Position numbers and translations under genes: made by a program. From a bacterium (GTDB lineage: Bacteria; UBA8248; JACPRG01; G963555815), in contig CBDHDG010000006.1 in assembly GCA_965261595.1 (NCBI GenBank), positions 1,728,001-1,792,000 of the forward strand: a DNA stretch of 64,000 bases. Reading direction: 5' to 3'. Shown here in pieces: positions 1-10,842 of the stretch. Position 1 is the first letter of the stretch. Each line of letters opens with the position of its first letter. The notes under the pieces were generated by a model. It searched no databases, had not been told where the DNA came from, and was given only the letters and a program-made list of their open reading frames with translations.

Positions 1-30
1 GGGACGGCCGGGTCGGGTCGGTCTCCCGGG

Positions 31-258
31 TCAAAGCCGGCTCCCCGCGCCGGGTTTCCGGCGGCTCGACGCGGAGGCGTCTTCTTCGTCGTCCCTGGAA
101 GGGGTGACGTCGATTTCGCCGGATTCCTTCATGGTCCGCTTGAAGCCTTTGATGGCCTTCGCCAGACCGGAACTCACTTCGGGCAGCCGCTTGCCGCCCA
201 CCAGGAGGAGGATGATTCCCGCGATGATCAGGATTTCAAACAACCCGAAGCCCATCAT
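31..258 (-). CDS. tatA: Twin-arginine translocase TatA/TatE subunit
   Basis: 75 aa; N-terminal TM helix (FEILIIAGIILLLVGG), then KRLPEV..LAKAIKGFK amphipathic helix. Confidence 0.9.
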   Translation of the reverse strand: MMGFGLFEILIIAGIILLLVGGKRLPEVSSGLAKAIKGFKRTMKESGEIDVTPSRDDEEDASASSRRKPGAGSRL

Positions 259-665
259 TCGCCGCCACCTTGAGCGTTGAGCAAACCTCCCCGTCCCGCG
301 ACACCAGCGGTTTCGCGGGACACCACCCCATGTTCTGACGATAGGTCCCGAAGGCCCGGAATGTCAAGGAAATCAGGGCGGTGAGTCAGCGACAAGCCGG
401 TGACTCACCGCCCTCAGGCGCGCGTTCAAAGGTTGTGGGCGGACGAGACGCCGAAGGGAGGGGAGGGGGCGGGGAAGGGGGGCGATGAACGGGGAGGCCG
501 AATCGATGTTCTGTCCGCGCCCAGCGGGAGTCGCGGCGCGGCGGGGGCGCTCCGCCGGGTCCGCAAGCCGATTGGAAGGACGCGTCTTTCGGATTTCTAT
601 CAGAAGATGAATCCGGATGATTCACACGGGCGGGGCCGGGTGAATCATCATCATTCCGTCCGCTC

Positions 666-3600
666 TTACTCCAGGCGCACGGTCCGATCGCCCAGGAGGT
701 CCTCCACGCGGTCGAGCATCTCGCCCGAGGGGTCCACGCGGAATTCGGGGAACCGGCGCGATTCCCGCCGCCGGCCGAAGTCGAACTGGAGGGACAGCGG
801 GAACGGACCCCGGTGGTCCTCCAGGATCTCTTTCAGGTCGATCATCCGGGCGCGGACCAGCTCCCGGCTCTTCCCGGCCACCGGAATGCGAATCAAGACG
901 CCCCCCCCCCCCCCCCCGCCCGCCGACAGGGCGGTGATCTTCTCGGCCTTGATGGTGACGCTGCTTTCTCCCTGCTCGGCCGTCCCGGCGAGCAGGATCG
1001 GCTCCTCTCCCTCCAGGAGCGAGGCGGAATCGCGGTAGCAGTCGGGAAACACAAGCACCTCCGCGAACCCCTCCAGGTCCTCCAGGTTGAAGCGGGCCAT
1101 GAGGTCGCCCCGCCGCGTGCTTTGGACCTTCAACCCGGCCACCAGTCCGGCCATCCGGACCTTCTGGTTTCCGTTGCCCTCCCCCAGACCCGCCGTCGAG
1201 ACGGTCGTCAAAAGTTTCAGCTCCCGCCGGAACCGCGACAAGGGGTGGCCCGTGATGAAGAAGCCGAGCGCCTCCTTCTCCTGATGCAGCCGCTCTTTTT
1301 CGTCCCATTCCGGCGCCGGGGGCAGGGGGGGGGCGGCGTCGGCCCCGCCGGCCGCCTTCCCCGGGAACAACTGAGACTGGCCGGTGATCCGATCCTTTTG
1401 GTCCTGCGCCGCCCTTTCCAGGGCCGGATCCAGGACGGCCAGAAGCTGGGCCCGGTGGCCTTCGGTGGAGTCGAACGCGCCGCATTTGATCAGGCTTTCG
1501 ACGACCCGGCGGTTGACGTTCCGCAGGTCGATTCGCCGGCAGAACGAGAACAGGGAGACGAACGGACCTTCCTCGCCGCGCGCCCGGAGGATTTCGTCCA
1601 CGGCGCCGCCGCCGACGTTCTTGACGGCCGCGAGACCGAACCGGATGCCGGCCGGGTGGACGGTGAACCGCTTGCCGCTTTCGTTGATGTCGGGCGGCAG
1701 GACCGGGATGTCCATCTCCCGGCATTCGGCGATGTTCTTCATCACCTTGTCGGTGTTGTCCATGTCGCAGGTGAGCAGGGCGGCCATGAAGGGGCGCGGG
1801 CGATGGGCCTTGAGGTAGGCCGTCCAGTAGGCCACCAGGCCGTAGGCGGCGCTGTGAGACTTGTTGAACCCGTAACCGGCGAAATGGGCCATCAGCTCGA
1901 AGATGCGTTTCGCCTTGTCCGGCGGGACCCCGCGCTCTCCGCATCCTTTCAGGAAGTTCTCCTCCTGGCGCGCCATCTCCTCGGGCTTCTTCTTGCCCAT
2001 GGCCCGGCGGAGCAGATCGGACTCTCCCAGGCTGAACCCCGCCAGGGCGGCGGCAATTTGCATGACCTGCTCCTGGTAGAGGATGATCCCGTAGGTCTCC
2101 TTCAGGATCTCCTCCAGCGCGGGCAGCTCGTACTGGATGGGCGCCTTCCCTTGCTTGCGCCGGATGTAGTCGTCCACCATCCCGCTTCCCAGGGGACCCG
2201 GCCGGTACAGGGCGACGGCGGCGATGATGTCCTCGAAGGTCGAGGGTTTCATCTTTCGGAGGACCTCGCGCATCCCGCGGCTCTCGCACTGGAAGACGCC
2301 GGCCGTGCGTCCGTCGCCGAAGATCCGGAAGGTCTCCGCGTCGTCGAGCGGAACCCGCTCGATGTCGAACTCCGGCGCCCCTTCGGTCTCCCCGTCCCCG
2401 GCGCGGATCATCTCCTCGGCCTTGCGGATCACCGTAAGCGTCCGCAGTCCGAGGAAATCCATCTTGAGCAGTCCCAGGGACTCCACGTCGGTCATATCGA
2501 ACTGGGTGACGGTTTCGCCGTTGGCGCCCCGGGCCAGGGGGACGAGCTCCATCAGGGGCCGGGGGGCGATGACGATTCCGGCGGCGTGGGTGCTGGCGTG
2601 GCGGGAGAGCCCCTCCAGGGTGCGGGCGGTGTCGATGAGACTCTTCACCTTCGGGTCGTTCTCTTGCAGCTCCCGCAGACGGGGCTCCTCCTTCAGGGCG
2701 TCGTCCAGCGAGATGTTGAGCCGGCCCGGGACGAACTTGGCGATCCGGTCCACCTCCCCGTACGGCATGTCCATCGCCCGCCCCACGTCCCGGATCACAC
2801 CCTTGGCCATCATGCTTCCGAACGTGATGATCTGGGCGACGTTCTCGCGGCTGTATTTCTCGTTGACGTACTCGATCACCTCGTCCCGGCGTTCCATGCA
2901 GAAGTCGATGTCGATGTCCGGCATGGAGATGCGCTCGGGATTCAAAAACCGCTCGAAGAGCAGGCGGTACCGGATGGGGTCCAGGCCGGTGATTCCGGTG
3001 CTGTAGGCCACCAGGCTCCCCGCCGCCGAGCCCCGGCCGGGTCCGACCGGGATGTGCTTCTTCCGGGCGTGGTCGATGAAGTCCCAGACGATGAGGAAGT
3101 AGCCGGAGAACCCCATCTTCCGGATCATCTCGAGCTCGAATTCCAGCCGCTCGTCGTACTCCGCCCGGGAGACCCCCGGCGCGGGGCCCGCCGCCTCCAG
3201 GCGGCGGGCGAGGCCGTCCCGGGCCAGCCGGGCGACAAAGTCGTCCAGGCTGCTTCCGTCCGACGGCTCGTACTGCGGGAGGTGGCTCCCGCCGAACTCG
3301 ATCTCGAGGTTGCAGCGCTCGGCCACGTCCAGGGTGTTCCGAAGGGCTTCCGGAAACTCCGGGAACACGGCCGACATCTCCTGGGGGCTCTTCACATAGA
3401 GCTGATCGGTTTGAAAGCGCCAACGGTTCGGGTCGTTGATCGTCTTGCCGGTCTGGATGCAGAGCAGGATCTCGTGGGCGAAGGCGTCGCCCGCCTCCAG
3501 GTAGTGGCAGTCGTTCGTGGCGATGACGGGGAGGTCCAGCTTCTTGGCCAGCTCGACAAGACCCGGCAGGACTTTCTTCTGCTCGGCCAGACCGTGGTCC

Positions 3601-4139
3601 TGAAGCTCGACGTAGTAGCGGCCGGCGAAGCGCTCGGTGTACCAGCGGGCGGTCTGCTCCGCCCGGGCGGCGTCCTCGTTCAGGAGGCGCTGGGGGACCT
3701 CGCCGTTGAGGCAGCCGGTGGTGGCGATGAGACCCTCGGCGTGCTCCTCCAGAAGGTCCCGGTCGATGCGGGGCTTGTAGTAGAAGCTCTCCAGGTGGCT
3801 TTTGGTGACCAGGGAGAGGAGGTTGCGGTAGCCCGTCTCGTTCTCGACGAGCAGGAGCAGGTGGTTCAGGCCGACGGCGCCGTCGGCGGCGGGGGGTGTG
3901 CGGTCGAACCGGCTTCCCTGGGCGATGTAGAGCTCGCAGCCGAGGATGGGCCGGATGCCGTTCGCCCGGGCCTTTTTGTAGAACTTGATGGCCCCGAACA
4001 GGTTGCCGTGGTCGGTGACGGCCAGGGCGGAAAGCCCCTGGGCCTTGGTCTTGGCCATGAGGGCGTCCAGGCGGTTGGCCCCGTCCAGCAGGCTGTACTG
4101 CGTGTGAAGGTGGAGGTGGGCGAAATCGGCGTGCTTCAA
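666..4139 (-). CDS. dnaE: DNA polymerase III alpha subunit
   Basis: 1157 aa; PHP HLHLHTQYSLLDG, GPGRGSAAGS, MPDIDIDF, YGFNKSHS, C-terminal OB fold; TTG start; C17 run at 901-917 stays in frame. Confidence 0.98.
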   Translation of the reverse strand: MKHADFAHLHLHTQYSLLDGANRLDALMAKTKAQGLSALAVTDHGNLFGAIKFYKKARANGIRPILGCELYIAQGSRFDRTPPAADGAVGLNHLLLLVENETGYRNLLSLVTKSHLESFYYKPRIDRDLLEEHAEGLIATTGCLNGEVPQRLLNEDAARAEQTARWYTERFAGRYYVELQDHGLAEQKKVLPGLVELAKKLDLPVIATNDCHYLEAGDAFAHEILLCIQTGKTINDPNRWRFQTDQLYVKSPQEMSAVFPEFPEALRNTLDVAERCNLEIEFGGSHLPQYEPSDGSSLDDFVARLARDGLARRLEAAGPAPGVSRAEYDERLEFELEMIRKMGFSGYFLIVWDFIDHARKKHIPVGPGRGSAAGSLVAYSTGITGLDPIRYRLLFERFLNPERISMPDIDIDFCMERRDEVIEYVNEKYSRENVAQIITFGSMMAKGVIRDVGRAMDMPYGEVDRIAKFVPGRLNISLDDALKEEPRLRELQENDPKVKSLIDTARTLEGLSRHASTHAAGIVIAPRPLMELVPLARGANGETVTQFDMTDVESLGLLKMDFLGLRTLTVIRKAEEMIRAGDGETEGAPEFDIERVPLDDAETFRIFGDGRTAGVFQCESRGMREVLRKMKPSTFEDIIAAVALYRPGPLGSGMVDDYIRRKQGKAPIQYELPALEEILKETYGIILYQEQVMQIAAALAGFSLGESDLLRRAMGKKKPEEMARQEENFLKGCGERGVPPDKAKRIFELMAHFAGYGFNKSHSAAYGLVAYWTAYLKAHRPRPFMAALLTCDMDNTDKVMKNIAECREMDIPVLPPDINESGKRFTVHPAGIRFGLAAVKNVGGGAVDEILRARGEEGPFVSLFSFCRRIDLRNVNRRVVESLIKCGAFDSTEGHRAQLLAVLDPALERAAQDQKDRITGQSQLFPGKAAGGADAAPPLPPAPEWDEKERLHQEKEALGFFITGHPLSRFRRELKLLTTVSTAGLGEGNGNQKVRMAGLVAGLKVQSTRRGDLMARFNLEDLEGFAEVLVFPDCYRDSASLLEGEEPILLAGTAEQGESSVTIKAEKITALSAGGGGGGGVLIRIPVAGKSRELVRARMIDLKEILEDHRGPFPLSLQFDFGRRRESRRFPEFRVDPSGEMLDRVEDLLGDRTVRLE

Positions 4140-4169
4140 CGAGGGGCGTCCTTCCGCGAAGGCGTTCGC

Positions 4170-4490
4170 TTACTCATGCTCGGCCGAGCGGATCCGGGCG
4201 TAGAGGCCGATGTCCCGGTATCCCGGAAAGCCCTCGGAGAGCCGCTCGAACTCCTCGGTGGAAATGGCCGTCCGGATGGATTCGGTCGATTCGAACACGG
4301 CGATGTTGACCCACCGCTCCGGGTCGTCGAGGCGGCGGTACAGGTTTGTCCGGATGAACCCCTGCGCGCGGCGCATGTAATCGGTGAGCCGGTCCCACTG
4401 CTCCAGGTACACCTCCGCCTCGACCTCGGGGACCGTGATGACGTTGATCATGAACACCGCGCTATCGCCCGCCCATAGGTACGCGTTCAT
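4170..4490 (-). CDS. Antibiotic biosynthesis monooxygenase (ABM)-family protein
   Basis: 106 aa; INVITV...GFIRTNLYR...WVNIAVFES pattern of ABM dimeric alpha/beta barrels. Confidence 0.7.
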   Translation of the reverse strand: MNAYLWAGDSAVFMINVITVPEVEAEVYLEQWDRLTDYMRRAQGFIRTNLYRRLDDPERWVNIAVFESTESIRTAISTEEFERLSEGFPGYRDIGLYARIRSAEHE

Positions 4491-4557
4491 TTCCTTCCCC
4501 GTGCAGTGAATTTCCTCGGAACTGCTTCCCGGGCGCTTTCCCCCGTTTCCCTCCAGC

Positions 4558-6126
4558 TTACTCCCATTCTATCGTACCCGGCGGCTTCGAGGTGATGTCC
4601 AGGACGACGCGGTTGATCCCCCTCACCTCGTTGATGATCCGGTTCGAGACCCGGGCCAGCCACTCGGCGGGCAGGCGCATCCAGTCGGCGGTCATGCCGT
4701 CCAGGCTGGTGACGGCCCGGATGGCCACGGCGCTTTCGTACGTGCGGTCATCCCCCATCACGCCGACCGTCCGCACGGGCAGGAGGACGCAGAAGGTCTG
4801 CCAGGCCTCCTCGTACAAGCCCGCGCTTCTCACCTCTTCCAGGAGAACGGCGTCGGCCGCGCGCAGGACGGCCAGCTTCTCCCGGGTGATCTCCCCCGGG
4901 ATTCGGATGGCCAGGCCCGGGCCGGGGAAGGGCTGGCGCGTCAGCACCTCGCGGGGAAGCCCGAGCTCGGCCCCGATCTCCCGGACCTCGTCCTTGAAGA
5001 GCTCGCGGAAGGGCTCGAGGAGCTTCAGGCCCATGTGTTCGGGCAGGCCGCCCACGTTGTGATGAGATTTAATGGTGGCTGAGGGGCCTCGGAAGGAAAC
5101 GCTCTCGATTACGTCGGGGTAGAGGGTCCCCTGGGAGAGATGGGTGACCGGCGTAGGGCAGGGCCCTCCTGCGCTTTCACGCTCGGCCTCCTCAGCCACC
5201 ATTTCGAAGACTTCAATGAAGACGCGGCCGATGACCTTCCGTTTCTTCTCGGGGTCGGTCACGCCGGCCAGCGCTTGAAGGAATCTTTCCGTCGAGTCCG
5301 AAAACTTGAGGCGGAACCCGAACTTTTCGCGGAACATGGCGAGGACGTTGCGGGCCTCGTCCGTTCGCAGAAGGCCGTTGTCCACAAAGACGCACGTGAG
5401 CCGGTCGCCGACGGCCCGGTGGATGAGCGCGGCGGCCACGGCGCTGTCCACGCCCCCCGAAAGCCCCAGGAGGACGCTCCCCCCTTCTCCGACCTCCTCT
5501 TGGATCCGGCGGATGGCCGTCTCGATGAAAGAGGACATCGTCCAGTCGGGCGCGCACCCGCAAATCTCGAACAGAAAGTTCCCGACGATGGTCTTGCCTT
5601 TGGGGGTGTGGACGACCTCGGGATGGAACTGGAGGCCGTACATCCGCTTCTCCCCGTTGCGGACGGCGGCGATGGGGGCGTTGGCCGTTTCGGCGATCAC
5701 CTCGAACCCCGGCGGAGGGGAGTCGAGCTTGTCCCCGTGGCTCATCCAGACCGGCGTGGGGCTCTCCAGGCCGCGGAACAGGTCGGCGCCGTTCACCAGG
5801 GTGAGCTCGGCCCCGCCGTACTCCCGCTTCGCCCCCGGGTGGACCTTTCCCCCCAGGTGGTGGGCCATGAACTGCAGGCCGTAGCAGATCCCCAGGATGG
5901 GCACGTCCATCTCCAGGACGGCCGGGGGGCAGGGGGGGGCGTCGCTCTCGTACACGCTGAAGGGGCCGCCGCTGAGGATCAGTCCCTGCGGCTCGAATTT
6001 TTCTATGTCCCCCAGGGCGGCCGTGCAGGGGAGGATCTCGCAGTAGACGCGGTGCTCCCTCACCCGCCGGGCGATGAGCTGGGTGTACTGCGAGCCGAAA
6101 TCGAGGATGAGGACGCGGGAGGTCAT
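4558..6126 (-). CDS. guaA: GMP synthase (glutamine-hydrolysing)
   Basis: ILDFGSQYTQLIARR, GICYG, HPE, SGGVDS, KSHHNVGGLP, KPPGTIEWE. Confidence 0.98.
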   Translation of the reverse strand: MTSRVLILDFGSQYTQLIARRVREHRVYCEILPCTAALGDIEKFEPQGLILSGGPFSVYESDAPPCPPAVLEMDVPILGICYGLQFMAHHLGGKVHPGAKREYGGAELTLVNGADLFRGLESPTPVWMSHGDKLDSPPPGFEVIAETANAPIAAVRNGEKRMYGLQFHPEVVHTPKGKTIVGNFLFEICGCAPDWTMSSFIETAIRRIQEEVGEGGSVLLGLSGGVDSAVAAALIHRAVGDRLTCVFVDNGLLRTDEARNVLAMFREKFGFRLKFSDSTERFLQALAGVTDPEKKRKVIGRVFIEVFEMVAEEAERESAGGPCPTPVTHLSQGTLYPDVIESVSFRGPSATIKSHHNVGGLPEHMGLKLLEPFRELFKDEVREIGAELGLPREVLTRQPFPGPGLAIRIPGEITREKLAVLRAADAVLLEEVRSAGLYEEAWQTFCVLLPVRTVGVMGDDRTYESAVAIRAVTSLDGMTADWMRLPAEWLARVSNRIINEVRGINRVVLDITSKPPGTIEWE

Positions 6127-6743
6127 ACGGCCGTCCCTTCCTCATCCGTCCGGACCCGCTCCCACTCCCGGATGTGCCGGCCGAAGGGGAACTCATGGCC
6201 GTACATGTGGATGTTGAAGCCGAAGTAACCCGCCGCGATGACGCCGATGAGCGACCGGGAGAACACCGTCCCCGCCTCGGGAAAAATCAGCGGAGGCAGC
6301 CCCAACCCGACCAATCCCAGGGCGGTGTAAACGATGGCGTAGTTGTACCGGTAGATGCTCTTGCGGAACGGCTCGAACTTCCCCATCCGGGTGTGGTAGT
6401 GCAGGACGGGATAGTTCTTCTCGTGATAGACGACGATGTAGGCCGCGACCATGCAGGCGTACCGGCTGAACCGGAGCTGGCTCAGGCTGAACGTCCCGAG
6501 GATCACGAGGAGCAGGGTGGATTTGTATTCCCAGGGCAGGTTGGGGGCCCCCTGCACCAGGAAGCCCATGACCGCGCCGAACACCGTCAGGGCGAACGTC
6601 ATCATCGTCACCCGCTGGCTGTTGAGGTGCGCGAAGGCCGACCGAAGCGACTTGTACTCCTCGACCTCCCGGTACTTGCGGAAGATTCGGTCGATGTCGA
6701 CGCCGTCGAGGTTCATGGTTTCACCGCAGTTCCAATCGAACAA
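6123..6743 (-). CDS. Hypothetical multi-pass membrane protein (start may be 6716)
   Basis: About four hydrophobic segments; stop overlaps guaA start (ATGA). Confidence 0.65.
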   Translation of the reverse strand: MFDWNCGETMNLDGVDIDRIFRKYREVEEYKSLRSAFAHLNSQRVTMMTFALTVFGAVMGFLVQGAPNLPWEYKSTLLLVILGTFSLSQLRFSRYACMVAAYIVVYHEKNYPVLHYHTRMGKFEPFRKSIYRYNYAIVYTALGLVGLGLPPLIFPEAGTVFSRSLIGVIAAGYFGFNIHMYGHEFPFGRHIREWERVRTDEEGTAV

Positions 6744-6811
6744 ATGAGATCCCGAATGAGATTGGGGGAACAGGTCGATGAAGTTCCCGATAACCTTCGA
6801 GTCTCGGTTCG

Positions 6812-6892
6812 GGGCGGGTGCAGAGCCCCGCCCCTACAAGAAATTCTCCGCGAGAATCGAGAACATGTAGGGGCCGGGCTCCGTACCGGCCC
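6812..6892. repeat. Pair of GTAG-type REP elements in opposite orientation
   Basis: Reverse complement of 6812-6837 = GTAGGGGCGGGGCTCTGCACCCGCCC; 6867-6892 = GTAGGGGCCGGGCTCCGTACCGGCCC; each is GTAG plus a GC hairpin. Confidence 0.7.
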
Positions 6893-6919
6893 GCCTGTTC
6901 TGTCATTGGATTCATCCCG

Positions 6920-7764
6920 CTACGCTCCCCCGCCCACTTCGTGATAGAGGCGTCCCACGCCCTCGTCGAAGAGGATCTCGTACCGCTCGTGGAACGCGTC
7001 CGGGACCGACTTCCACCGCCGGTCGTAGCGCACATCGGCCCGTGTCTCCGCCTCGGTCATCCCTTTCCCGACGCACCCGCGCACCCGGTCCATCAACTCG
7101 ATGATGTCCGCCCGCAGGGGCGAAACGGCACCCTTGTCGCAAAGTTCTCCGTGGCCCGGAACGATGGCCGCCACGTCCATCCCTTCGATGAAGTCCAGGC
7201 ACGCCAGCCAGTCCCGCCCGACGCCCGAGTGGAGCAGGGGCGGCCAGTCCACGACCACGTTGTCGCCAGGCAGGAGGACTCCGGCGTCGGGGACGTATAC
7301 GAGGGTCTGGCCCCCGGTGTGGCCCGGCTTGTGGATGAGGCGGATCTCCCGGCCCCCCGGCCGCAGGGTCATCCCTTCGTCGTACGTTACGTCCTGGAGG
7401 GTGACCTCGTATCCCTCCAGGAGGGGCAGGCCCTCCTGGTCCATCTTCTCCATCAGGCCCCGCCAAAAATCGAGCGTTCCGACGCCCTCGGGGGTGTCCC
7501 GCCGGGTGAGGGCGTGGGAGACCTTGAGGGCGCCATGGAAGAACCAGTTGCCGCCGGCGTGGTCGCCGTGGTGCTCGGTGTTGATGAGGACCTTCACCTC
7601 CCCCCCCCCCCTCCCAGCGCCGACACCGCTTCCTTCCACGCCACCGCGTGGCTGGGGCACATGGGCGGGTCGATCAGGACCAGGCCGTCGTCCGTGACGA
7701 TGCAGCTGTTGTTGCAGCCCCGGTAGCCGGTTTCCGCCCAGACGCCGGGCGCGATTTCCTTCAT
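6920..7764 (-). pseudogene. MBL-fold metallo-hydrolase, frameshifted at C12 run (7600-7611)
   Basis: [28 protein letters not shown] in one frame; TEHHGDH, GHT, GD, PGHG in another; may be a sequencing error. Confidence 0.8.
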
Positions 7765-8417
7765 CGGGCGCGCTCCTGGAATGAGGGCGCGCCCCCCCCT
7801 CCGGCCGCCGAGAGGGCCTCGCGCAGCGCGTCGACGAAGGCCAGGCCCCGGCGGGTGAGGCGCCCCCCCGCCCACGTATCGACCGACAGGGGGGCGACGA
7901 GCTGGGTGCGCAGCCCCCACGTGACCTCGATCTGAACGCCCGCGTCGCGCGGAAGGTTGACGACGTTTTTCCGGTGAAGGCCCATCAGCCTCGGTGCGAA
8001 CCGGACGGGGACGCCCCGCCGGATGAGGGCGTCCATGACCATCTTCCGCAACGGCATGTTCCGGCCTCCCGGGAAGACCCAGGGCGGGGCGCCGTCGTGT
8101 CCGTGGATGGAGAGCGCGACGCGCGCGCGCCTCGCCAGGGCCACGCACCGCGCCTCGTCGAACCGATGGCTCGTCACGTGATGCAACCTCCCTTTTTTGG
8201 GGACCAGGGACCGGAAGGCATAGAAGCTAAACGCCTCGCCGGCCACGGCCCGGGCCAGGGCGTCCGTCCCCGGCTCGATGGCCCCGCCGTGCACGGCCAG
8301 GACGGCCACGGGGGAATCCCGCTCGATCGTCTCAATCTCATAATCCACACCTTCCCGCTCCCCTTCCAGGAGGGCCGTCATCGTCGGGTAGCTCCAGATC
8401 GCTTCGTCCTCGCTCAT
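7761..8417 (-). CDS. Poly-gamma-glutamate hydrolase family (PghP/YjqB-like) protein
   Basis: [33 protein letters not shown] motifs. Confidence 0.85.
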   Translation of the reverse strand: MSEDEAIWSYPTMTALLEGEREGVDYEIETIERDSPVAVLAVHGGAIEPGTDALARAVAGEAFSFYAFRSLVPKKGRLHHVTSHRFDEARCVALARRARVALSIHGHDGAPPWVFPGGRNMPLRKMVMDALIRRGVPVRFAPRLMGLHRKNVVNLPRDAGVQIEVTWGLRTQLVAPLSVDTWAGGRLTRRGLAFVDALREALSAAGGGGAPSFQERAR

Positions 8418-8424
8418 GCGTCCG

Positions 8425-9921
8425 TCATTCCCGCCGGTAGTTGGGGGCCTCCTGCGTGACCTCGATGTCGTGGACGTGGCTCTCGCGCAGGCCCGCCGCC
8501 GTGATCCGGCAGAAGCGGGCGTTCTCCCGCAGCTCGGGCAGGGTCCGGCACCCGCAGTACCCCATTCCCGCGGCGACGCCCCCCGTGGGCTGGTGGACGT
8601 TGTCGGCCATCGGCCCCCGGTAGGGGACCCGCCCCTCGACCCCTTCGGGGACGAGCCTGCCGCTCTCGGCCTCCGCGCCGCCCCCGTCCGATCCGTTGGC
8701 CGGGGCCGCCTGGCCGTAACGGTCGGCGCTCCCTTGGCTCATGGCCCCGAGGGACCCCATCCCCCGGTAGACCTTGTAGCTCCGTCCCTGGTAGAGGACG
8801 CGCTTGCCGGGGCTCTCGTCGGCGCCCGCGAAGAGGCTGCCGATCATGACCGAGTCCGCCCCCGCGGCCAGGGCCTTGACGATGTCCCCCGAGCACTTGA
8901 TGCCGCCGTCGGCGATGACGGGCGAGCCGAGGGCGGCGGCCCGCTCCGTGCAGCCCGACACCGCCGAGAACTGCGGGACGCCGACGCCGGCGACCATCCG
9001 CGTCGTGCAGATCGACCCGGGCCCCACGCCGACCTTGATGGCGTCCGCCCCGGCGGGGATGAGGTCCTCCGTCCCCTCCGGCGTGGCGACGTTTCCGCCG
9101 ACCACCTGGAGGTCCGGATACTCGCCCTTGATCCAGCCCACCGTCCGGAGCGCCGCCTCGGAGTGGCCGTGGGCGGTGTCCACGACGATCAGGTCCACGC
9201 CCCGCTCGGGCCAGGAGGCGGACCCGCTCGTGGGTGTCGGCGCCCGTCCCCACCGCCGCCCCGACGCGCAGGCGGCCGTCGCCGTCCTTGAAGGCCCGGG
9301 GATATTGTTTCCGCTTCAGGATGTCCTTGATGGTGATCAGCCCCTGGAGGCTGAACGCCTCGTCCACGACCGGGAGCTTTTCGTCCGGTTTTTCTGGAGG
9401 AGGGCCTTGGCCTGCTCCAGCGTCGTCCCCACCGGCGCGGTGACGAGGTTCTCGCGGGTCATGTACTCGCGGACGAAGCCGCCCTCGTCCTCGACGAAGC
9501 GCAGATCCCGGTTGGTCAGGATGCCGGCGAGCTTTCCGCCCTCGACGATGGGGACGCCCGAGATTTGGAACCGGGCCATGAGGTCCTGGGCCTCGCGGAC
9601 GGTCCGGTTCGGCCCCAGGGTGATGGGGTCCCGGATCATCCCGCTCTCCGAGCGCTTGACCTTGTCTACCTCCTCGGCCTGGCGCTCGGGGGAGAGGTTT
9701 CGGTGGATGACGCCGATTCCGCCCTCCTGCGCGATGGCGATGGCGAGACGGGCCTCGGTGACGGTGTCCATGGCGGCGGAGAGGAGCGGGATGTTCATCG
9801 TCAGGTTCCGGGTGAGGCGCGTCGTGAGGTCCACGTCCCGGGGCAGGACGGCGGATCGGCCGGGCACGAGCATCACGTCGTCGAACGTCAGCATCTCGGG
9901 GATCGTTCCGTTATCCGTCAT
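8425..9921 (-). pseudogene. guaB: IMP dehydrogenase in three reading frames (breaks near 9385 and 9210)
   Basis: [17 protein letters not shown] in 9337-9921; [16 protein letters not shown] in the middle frame; [27 protein letters not shown] in 8425-9198. Confidence 0.92.
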
Positions 9922-9948
9922 GAGAGATCGCTTCTCTCCCCCCCCCCC

Positions 9949-10830
9949 TCAATAGTTCAGGACCAACAACTCGTTGATCTCCCCCCGGCCGTCGGCCTTG
10001 GAGTTGATCGCCCGCCGGGCCCGGACGGTTTCCAGGCGGAATCCTTTGTAAAGCCCCCGGGTGAACAAGCAGTCGCTGTTGCTGAGCATCAGCCTGCAGC
10101 CCTTGCGGTCGAGCGTCCGGTACACTTCGGCCAGCCGCTTCTGGTCCGATTCCTTGAAGTCCCCCGCCGTATAGCTCGTGAAGCTGGAGGTCTTGGAGAG
10201 GGGGTGATAGGGCGGGTCGAAGTAGATGAAATCCCCCCGCCTTTGCTTCGCGATATCGGAGAGCACGGAAAAATGTCGGACCTGGAGGTCCACGCTTTGC
10301 AAGGCCTGACTGACGCGCCGGAGGTTCTCGGCGTCGAAGATGCGGGGGTTCTTGTAGCTGCCCATCGGGACGTTGAACCCTCCCCGGGAATTCACCCGAT
10401 ACAGGCCGTTGAAACAGGTCTTGTTGAGGTAGATGAGCCGGGCGGCGCGCGCCGGGGGAGAGAGGGCGGCCGGGTTCAGCGACCGAACACGGTAGTAATG
10501 GCCCTCTCCGTGACTTCGGCGGTGTTCTTTCAGTCCGATCAGGAGATCCTCCACATCGTCCCGGACCGCCCGGTATGCGTTCATCAGCTCCTCGTTGGAG
10601 TCGGACAACACGACATCGGCGGGGTTGAATCGCTCCATCACGTAAAAGAACACCGCGCCGCTTCCCACAAATGGCTCGCTGTAGCGCCCGACCTCGTGGG
10701 GGAAAAACCGCTCGAACTGCCCCAAGAGTCGGGCTTTGCCTCCCGCCCATTTCAGGAACGGGCTGAGTGGACGGGTTCCTCCCTGAGGGTTCCCGTTCAT
10801 TCGGTTCGGGTGGATGGCCGAAGGGCTCAT
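9949..10830 (-). CDS. dam: Dam-family DNA N6-adenine methyltransferase
   Basis: [35 protein letters not shown]. Confidence 0.9.
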   Translation of the reverse strand: MSPSAIHPNRMNGNPQGGTRPLSPFLKWAGGKARLLGQFERFFPHEVGRYSEPFVGSGAVFFYVMERFNPADVVLSDSNEELMNAYRAVRDDVEDLLIGLKEHRRSHGEGHYYRVRSLNPAALSPPARAARLIYLNKTCFNGLYRVNSRGGFNVPMGSYKNPRIFDAENLRRVSQALQSVDLQVRHFSVLSDIAKQRRGDFIYFDPPYHPLSKTSSFTSYTAGDFKESDQKRLAEVYRTLDRKGCRLMLSNSDCLFTRGLYKGFRLETVRARRAINSKADGRGEINELLVLNY

Positions 10831-10842
10831 CGATCAAAAACC

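Noticed and set aside
622..4478. Long alternative ORFs over dnaE (933 aa minus, 1221 aa plus) and similar shadow ORFs throughout
   Set aside because: Off-frame or antisense artefacts of high-GC coding DNA with no family motifs
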